A DNA stretch of 32,034 nucleotides from assembly GCA_964517155.1 (NCBI GenBank), contig CAZFAZ010000010.1:1-32034 (forward strand), read 5' to 3'. The position numbers and the translations under genes are program-made. The DNA is from an uncultured Thermoplasmatales archaeon. GTDB lineage: Archaea; Thermoplasmatota; E2; DHVEG-1. Shown piece after piece: positions 27,543 through 32,034 of the stretch (positions are counted from its first letter, which is position 1; each line of letters opens with the position of its first letter). The notes under the pieces are model-generated. The model searched no databases, was not told the origin of the DNA, and was given only the letters and a program-made list of their open reading frames with translations.

Positions 27543-28409
27543 ATGAACATGGATGATATAAAAATTGATATAAAGGGAGTATCAGAGACACTTTTTTTTA
27601 TTTTATATTCAAGAGCTATCGAAAGTCAATCAAAAGATCCAATTATACAAGATCAAAAATCTGTTGAAATCGTCAAAATCCTTGATAGATTTCTTTCAGA
27701 ATCTGATTCAAAAACACTTAAAAAACTTTATACTCGTAGTCTTTCAAAATATTATGTAGTTCTAAAAGCATTAAGAACAAAAAAATTTGATTGCTATGTT
27801 AAAGATTTTTTATCAAAAAATCCAAAGGGAGTTATCGTAAATATGGGGTGTGGACTTGATACAAGATTTCATCGAATCAATATAGGCAACGGAGAATTTT
27901 ATGATGTAGATTTACCTGAAGTAATAAGTTTAAAAAAGAAATTCTTAAAAGAAAATGATAGGTATCATTTTATTAGTTCTTCACTACATGATTTTAGTTG
28001 GATGGATGTTTTATCAAAATATAAAGACGGTTCGTTTCTGTTTCTCGCTGAAGGGGTCTTTCAATACTTTTATGAAAATGAAGTAAAATCACTACTATTT
28101 GAATTACAAAAAAAATTTCCCGGATGTGAAGTTGCATTTGATGTTACAAGTACATTTACGAAAAGAAAACAAAATAACAGATTATTTAATGCTTATTTTA
28201 AATTTATGACAGGTTTAGATCAAACTGTAAATATTAAATTTGGCATTAAAAAAAGTCAAGAGATTTCTTCTTGGAATGATAGCATTGAATTATTAGATGA
28301 GTGGAATTTTTTTGATAAAGAAATAGATAAATTAAAATTTTTTAAGTTATACAAATTTTTAGAATCTGTAAGAAAAAGTGATTGGATTATACACTACAAA
28401 CTAAATTGA
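27543..28409 (+). CDS. Class I SAM-dependent methyltransferase, LCM/TcmP-like family
   Basis: SETLFFILYSRA, VNMGCGLDTRF, DVDLPEVI and LAEGV. Confidence 0.87.
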   Translation: MNMDDIKIDIKGVSETLFFILYSRAIESQSKDPIIQDQKSVEIVKILDRFLSESDSKTLKKLYTRSLSKYYVVLKALRTKKFDCYVKDFLSKNPKGVIVNMGCGLDTRFHRINIGNGEFYDVDLPEVISLKKKFLKENDRYHFISSSLHDFSWMDVLSKYKDGSFLFLAEGVFQYFYENEVKSLLFELQKKFPGCEVAFDVTSTFTKRKQNNRLFNAYFKFMTGLDQTVNIKFGIKKSQEISSWNDSIELLDEWNFFDKEIDKLKFFKLYKFLESVRKSDWIIHYKLN

Positions 28410-28455
28410 AAATTTAAAAATAAATAAAAGAAAAAATTAGATTTTAAAAGGGCAT

Positions 28456-28791
28456 TCATACTCTTTTGTCCTGGATTTTCAACATAAAAATAGTTTTATT
28501 ATATATTCCGTCAATTATTGTTTTTTCTCTGTTTTCTCCTTGTAATTTTATTTTTTTGTTTATGGATATTGTTTCATTGTATGTACCGCTATAAACAAAT
28601 ATTGTGTCATAATCATTTACATTGTCTATTGCATCTTGCATATTTATGTAGTCAGCTGTGCCATCATCATCTACACTTATTATAACTCCAGAGTATGTGA
28701 AACTATTTTTGTCTTTTTGTTCTAATGTTTTTGATATTCCTGTTGTAGAAAATAGTACAACTATAGCTAGTATTATGATTGTTTTTTTCAA
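28456..28791 (-). pseudogene. Truncated secreted NosD/pectin-lyase-fold (beta-helix) protein
   Basis: Signal-peptide-like start (TTG at 28791 after GGGGA), then VDDDGTADY..MQDAID...DTIFVYSGTYNE...GENREKTIIDG. It stops before any beta-helix repeats. Confidence 0.65.
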
Positions 28792-29627
28792 TTTCTTATC
28801 CCCCAAATTTTAAAATATTAATAATATAAAAATTATTTTCCGTAATTTTTTTATTTTTTCTATTTCTGATGTTTTTATACTAGATTATTCTTGTTTTTTT
28901 AGAAATCATATTCAAATTCTTTGAAATATGATTTCATCATTTTGTATATAAATTTACGTAAAAACAGAATCCGTGGTATTAGTTTTAGTTTCCTTGGTTT
29001 AACATATTTATTAAAGTCCTTATCTGTTTTCATATTAAGAAAATCCAAAATTTTTATAATAACTTTATTTGGTTCCATGCAGAGTTTTTCATAGTTGATT
29101 GAAATGTAATCTTCGTCTGATAGGTATTTAATATTTTTTAAAAAATACTTATTTGCTTTAGTAGAGTGCCAAATAATCTTAAAAACACCCAGGGGAAAAC
29201 AAGACGTGTAATATATCCTTGCTAAAAAAAGAGCTAAAGGATTTTGAAATAGTTTAGTATATTGTTCATAGTATAAGCCCATTAATTTGTCTTCGTTTTT
29301 AAATCGCGTTTCATAAAGTCTCAAGCTAGAGCTAATAACTTCAAGGGGGTTTCTATGAATAAATATAAACTTTGCGTTAGGGTAGTTTTTTTTTACGAAT
29401 AAAAAATTTGGATAATCATATGGGTTTTTCAAAAGTAATGGTTTGTTGTTATCTGATATATATCTAAGTTTTTTACATAACTCTTCAAATAATTGCTTGT
29501 TTTTAGCAGTTAATTTCCAAGGATAATTTTTCTGCGAAAAGATATACATATATTCATGGGCATAATCTGCTGTTACCTCTAATTCGTCTGTTTTCCTGGT
29601 TGTTATACCCATATTTTTAAATAAATT

Positions 29628-30898
29628 CAAGACTTTTGCACTTTTTCTAAATCATCCATAAATTACAGATAGAAGAACATCGTTTCCATCCTTCATTTAG
29701 GATGGGATGCAAAATATGTTCTTTACAAAAGAAATAGATGTTTTTGGTACAGCCCTTGGAAATTATAGGTATTGTTTTTCAAAACCGCAATGGAACCATT
29801 TCAACACTTATATGCATGGTCTTCTCTTAGGTGAACGGGGTGAGAAAAACATTCAGGATATCGCAGATAATCAGCTGCATGGAAGACATCAGAGTAGTTT
29901 GAACCGTTTTCTCACCCAGCCAAAGTGGGATGTTCGAAGATTAAATGCTCTTCGTATCAAGCAAAGTCTCTCCAATCGCAATGGTGGTGTCTTGGTTATT
30001 GATGACACCATCATAGAGAAATCTGGGGAACATATGGATGGTGTAGGTTATTTGTTTGATCATTCTCAGGGGAAGAGTGTACGGTGTCATGATATTGTCT
30101 CCTCTTTTTATCATAATGATGATGGTGTACATGTTCCCTTGTATTTCAGTCCTTATGTGAAGGAGGAACATGCCACCCGGTTAGGTATTTGGTTTAAAAC
30201 CAAGATACAAATCGCCCTTGATATCATCAGGAAATCCTTGCTGCAGATTTCTCCGGAGGTGGTGGTGTTTGATGCTTGGTATATGTCCAAAGAGTTGGTT
30301 GATTTTATAGGTTGCAGAGGTCTAAGTTGGGTGTCTCAGGCGAAAAGTAATCGCCTGATCCAGGTGGATGACACCTGGATATCAGTAAGTAGGTATGCAA
30401 AGGATTTGTCTAAACAATCCTTTAAGAGAATTAATACGACCCTGGATGAGCAACGGTTCAAATGGATGTATGAAATCAGTTTGGTGATGAAGAATATTGG
30501 GTTGGTGAAACTGATTATTCTTAGGGAACGACGGAACAGTAAAATCTGTACATTCTTGGTTTCCAACAACACAGAGTTGGATGGTTTGCAGGTGCTCGAA
30601 TACTATAAAAAACGCTGGGCTATTGAGGTTTTTTATAGGGATTGTAAACAGCATTTGGGAATGGGCGAGTATCAAGTAAGACGGCTTGACGCTGTAGTTA
30701 TACACCTACACCTTGTTGTTCTTGCTTATACCCTCCTAAAAAATGCCTGGCGCAATCCCTTTCTTACTACTCTTTTGAGTGGTGTGAGAGCGGTTGGTTC
30801 TGTTTGTAAACGGTTGAAACGTTGGGTGTTTATTCAATTAGCTGGGAGATTGAAAGAGCAAAGAAGTGTTCTTTCAACCTAAATCTGCAAAAGTCTTG
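29628..30898 (+). mobile_element. IS701-family insertion sequence, complete
   Basis: Perfect 13-bp terminal inverted repeats CAAGACTTTTGCA (29628-29640) and TGCAAAAGTCTTG (30886-30898). A direct repeat TAAATT flanks it (29622-29627 and 30899-30904), and it is visibly more GC-rich than its flanks. Confidence 0.9.
29707..30882 (+). CDS. IS701-family DDE transposase
   Basis: SSLNRFL, VIDDTIIEKSG, FDAWY and RWAIEVFYRDCKQHLGMGEYQVR. Confidence 0.9.
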   Translation: MQNMFFTKEIDVFGTALGNYRYCFSKPQWNHFNTYMHGLLLGERGEKNIQDIADNQLHGRHQSSLNRFLTQPKWDVRRLNALRIKQSLSNRNGGVLVIDDTIIEKSGEHMDGVGYLFDHSQGKSVRCHDIVSSFYHNDDGVHVPLYFSPYVKEEHATRLGIWFKTKIQIALDIIRKSLLQISPEVVVFDAWYMSKELVDFIGCRGLSWVSQAKSNRLIQVDDTWISVSRYAKDLSKQSFKRINTTLDEQRFKWMYEISLVMKNIGLVKLIILRERRNSKICTFLVSNNTELDGLQVLEYYKKRWAIEVFYRDCKQHLGMGEYQVRRLDAVVIHLHLVVLAYTLLKNAWRNPFLTTLLSGVRAVGSVCKRLKRWVFIQLAGRLKEQRSVLST

Positions 30899-30997
30899 TA
30901 AATTGTTTATTTTCCTCTTTTTTTCTTCTTCTAAATTGTTTGCATGGTAATATAAAAGCTTATCATACTCTAAGGCTTCATCCCAAAATAGTTTTTT

Positions 30998-31018
30998 AGC
31001 AGACATAATATGTCTGCT
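30998..31018. repeat. Perfect inverted repeat AGCAGACATA-A-TATGTCTGCT
   Basis: 10-bp arms with a 1-nt spacer, 8 nt upstream of the transposase ATG at 31027. Confidence 0.8.
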
Positions 31019-31026
31019 TAATTAAG

Positions 31027-31980
31027 ATGGGATGTGCGAAAAAACGAGTTAATCCAAAAATTTTGAACTATGTAAACCGAAACTTCAACGTATTGTACAT
31101 AAAAAGCACCATCAAAGCAGTTGAACAACTCCCACCACCATGGAAAACGAAGAAAAAAGGACGAAACGGACATGACCCAAAAGAAGTAGCCACTGGTTGC
31201 ATCCTCAAAGTAGGATTCAACCAAACCTATGATAGCATTGAAGCATACTTGAAAGAAAGCGAAACGTTCAAAGATCATTTCGATGACATACCCGGTCATA
31301 GTGTTATCCATCGAGGAATGAAGAAACTAACCACTCGATACATTCGAAAAATTACAAACCGGATCATCTGTTTTCTCAAACGAAAACACAAAAATGTTGC
31401 CGTGGACAGCAGCGGATTCAGCACGCATCACCACAGCCTCTGGTATGACATCAGAATTAAAAAAAGAGGAAAACGACGAGATTGCCTGAAATTACACATC
31501 GTTATCGATATTGACACGGGTATCATCCTCTGGTTTAAAAATACCCGGTGGAATCAACATGATTCACCCGTGTTTCAAAAACTCCTGAAACATCTCTCAG
31601 ATCTTGGAGCAGTCTTCGGAGATAAAGCCTATTCATCACGAGACAACTGTCAACTTGTGGCAAACAAAAACGGCGTACCTTTTCTCTGCTTCAAAGACAA
31701 TGCTACCAATCATGCCCATGGAAAACCTGCATGGATCGTTTCCATTCGTTCATACAAGAAAAACAAAGACGAATGGATGTCCGCGTATCATTTCCGATCT
31801 ATCGTAGAAAGCGTGTTTTCCTCCATCAAACGACGATGGGGTAGTTTCCTGAGAAGTAAAAAACGATGGATGCAACGAAAGGAGATATCCTTGAAGGTGT
31901 TATCGTACAATATCAAACAAGGATTACTAGTTCAATATGCAAAGGAAAGTAAGATTCCTTTGTGGAAAACGTGCGAATAA
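31027..31980 (+). CDS. IS5-family DDE transposase
   Basis: AVDSSGF, KLHIVID, HDSPVF, GDKAY and YHFRSIVESVFSSIKRRWG. Confidence 0.88.
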   Translation: MGCAKKRVNPKILNYVNRNFNVLYIKSTIKAVEQLPPPWKTKKKGRNGHDPKEVATGCILKVGFNQTYDSIEAYLKESETFKDHFDDIPGHSVIHRGMKKLTTRYIRKITNRIICFLKRKHKNVAVDSSGFSTHHHSLWYDIRIKKRGKRRDCLKLHIVIDIDTGIILWFKNTRWNQHDSPVFQKLLKHLSDLGAVFGDKAYSSRDNCQLVANKNGVPFLCFKDNATNHAHGKPAWIVSIRSYKKNKDEWMSAYHFRSIVESVFSSIKRRWGSFLRSKKRWMQRKEISLKVLSYNIKQGLLVQYAKESKIPLWKTCE

Positions 31981-32034
31981 TTCCACAAAGGTCCTTACAT
32001 TCCACCAGTATATGAGTGGATACTATGTTTCGCT

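Larger units (their letters stand above)
28899..30973 (-). pseudogene. Sulfotransferase interrupted by IS elements (3' part 28899-29627, internal part 30899-30973)
   Basis: Removing 29628-30904 restores LEYDKLLYYHANNLEEEKKRKINNLFKNMGITTRKTD in frame, which aligns without gaps to LEYDHLL...VTNRGID of the 2431-3387 paralog. LLKNP and FIHRNP are present. Confidence 0.87.
30974..32034 (+). mobile_element. IS5-family insertion sequence; right end not identified within the window
   Basis: Sulfotransferase homology stops at ~30973, where GGCTTCATCCC begins (a GGC-type IS5/IS903-like end). A transposase gene follows. Confidence 0.7.

Noticed and set aside
1..32034. CRISPR arrays, tRNA or rRNA genes, and the many short antisense ORFs in the track
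   Set aside because: I saw no regularly spaced repeats or structured-RNA-like GC-rich segments. The short ORFs overlap well-supported genes and show no recognisable motifs.

Overview
AT-rich, probably archaeal DNA: it has an ApgM-type phosphoglycerate mutase, a DUF234-type archaeal ATPase, GGTGA-type ribosome-binding sites and TTTATATA boxes. Gene style suggests an anaerobic Thermoplasmatota such as MBG-D, which is inference only. The window has four blocks. (1) 1-7.8 kb is a radical-SAM-rich island: two MiaB-like paralogs lacking the TRAM domain, a sulfotransferase, three tandem B12-dependent radical SAM genes and decayed gene remnants. (2) 7.9-21.5 kb holds a SatP-type transporter, a long minus-strand Orange-protein(ORP)-like metal/Fe-S operon extended by cupin, thioredoxin, cysteine synthase and racemase genes, then xth, an M32 carboxypeptidase, an archaeal ATPase, apgM and a deletion-damaged ABC exporter. 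(3) 21.7-28.4 kb is the most striking part, a candidate novel RiPP cluster. An unannotated 28-aa ORF (22524-22438, MKYSKPKMKSVDKEITYGSLHVAECPIA) has a YxxP RRE-type leader and a C-terminal CaaX-like end. It is surrounded by a PqqD/RRE protein, a PqqE-like radical SAM with a Cys-depleted SPASM region, two UbiA prenyltransferases, a C39-like peptidase, an ICMT-family methyltransferase and an LCM-family methyltransferase. (4) 28.4-32 kb holds a truncated surface-protein gene and a second sulfotransferase interrupted by an IS701-family element and an IS5-family element. All family assignments come from motif recognition by eye; no database searches were run.
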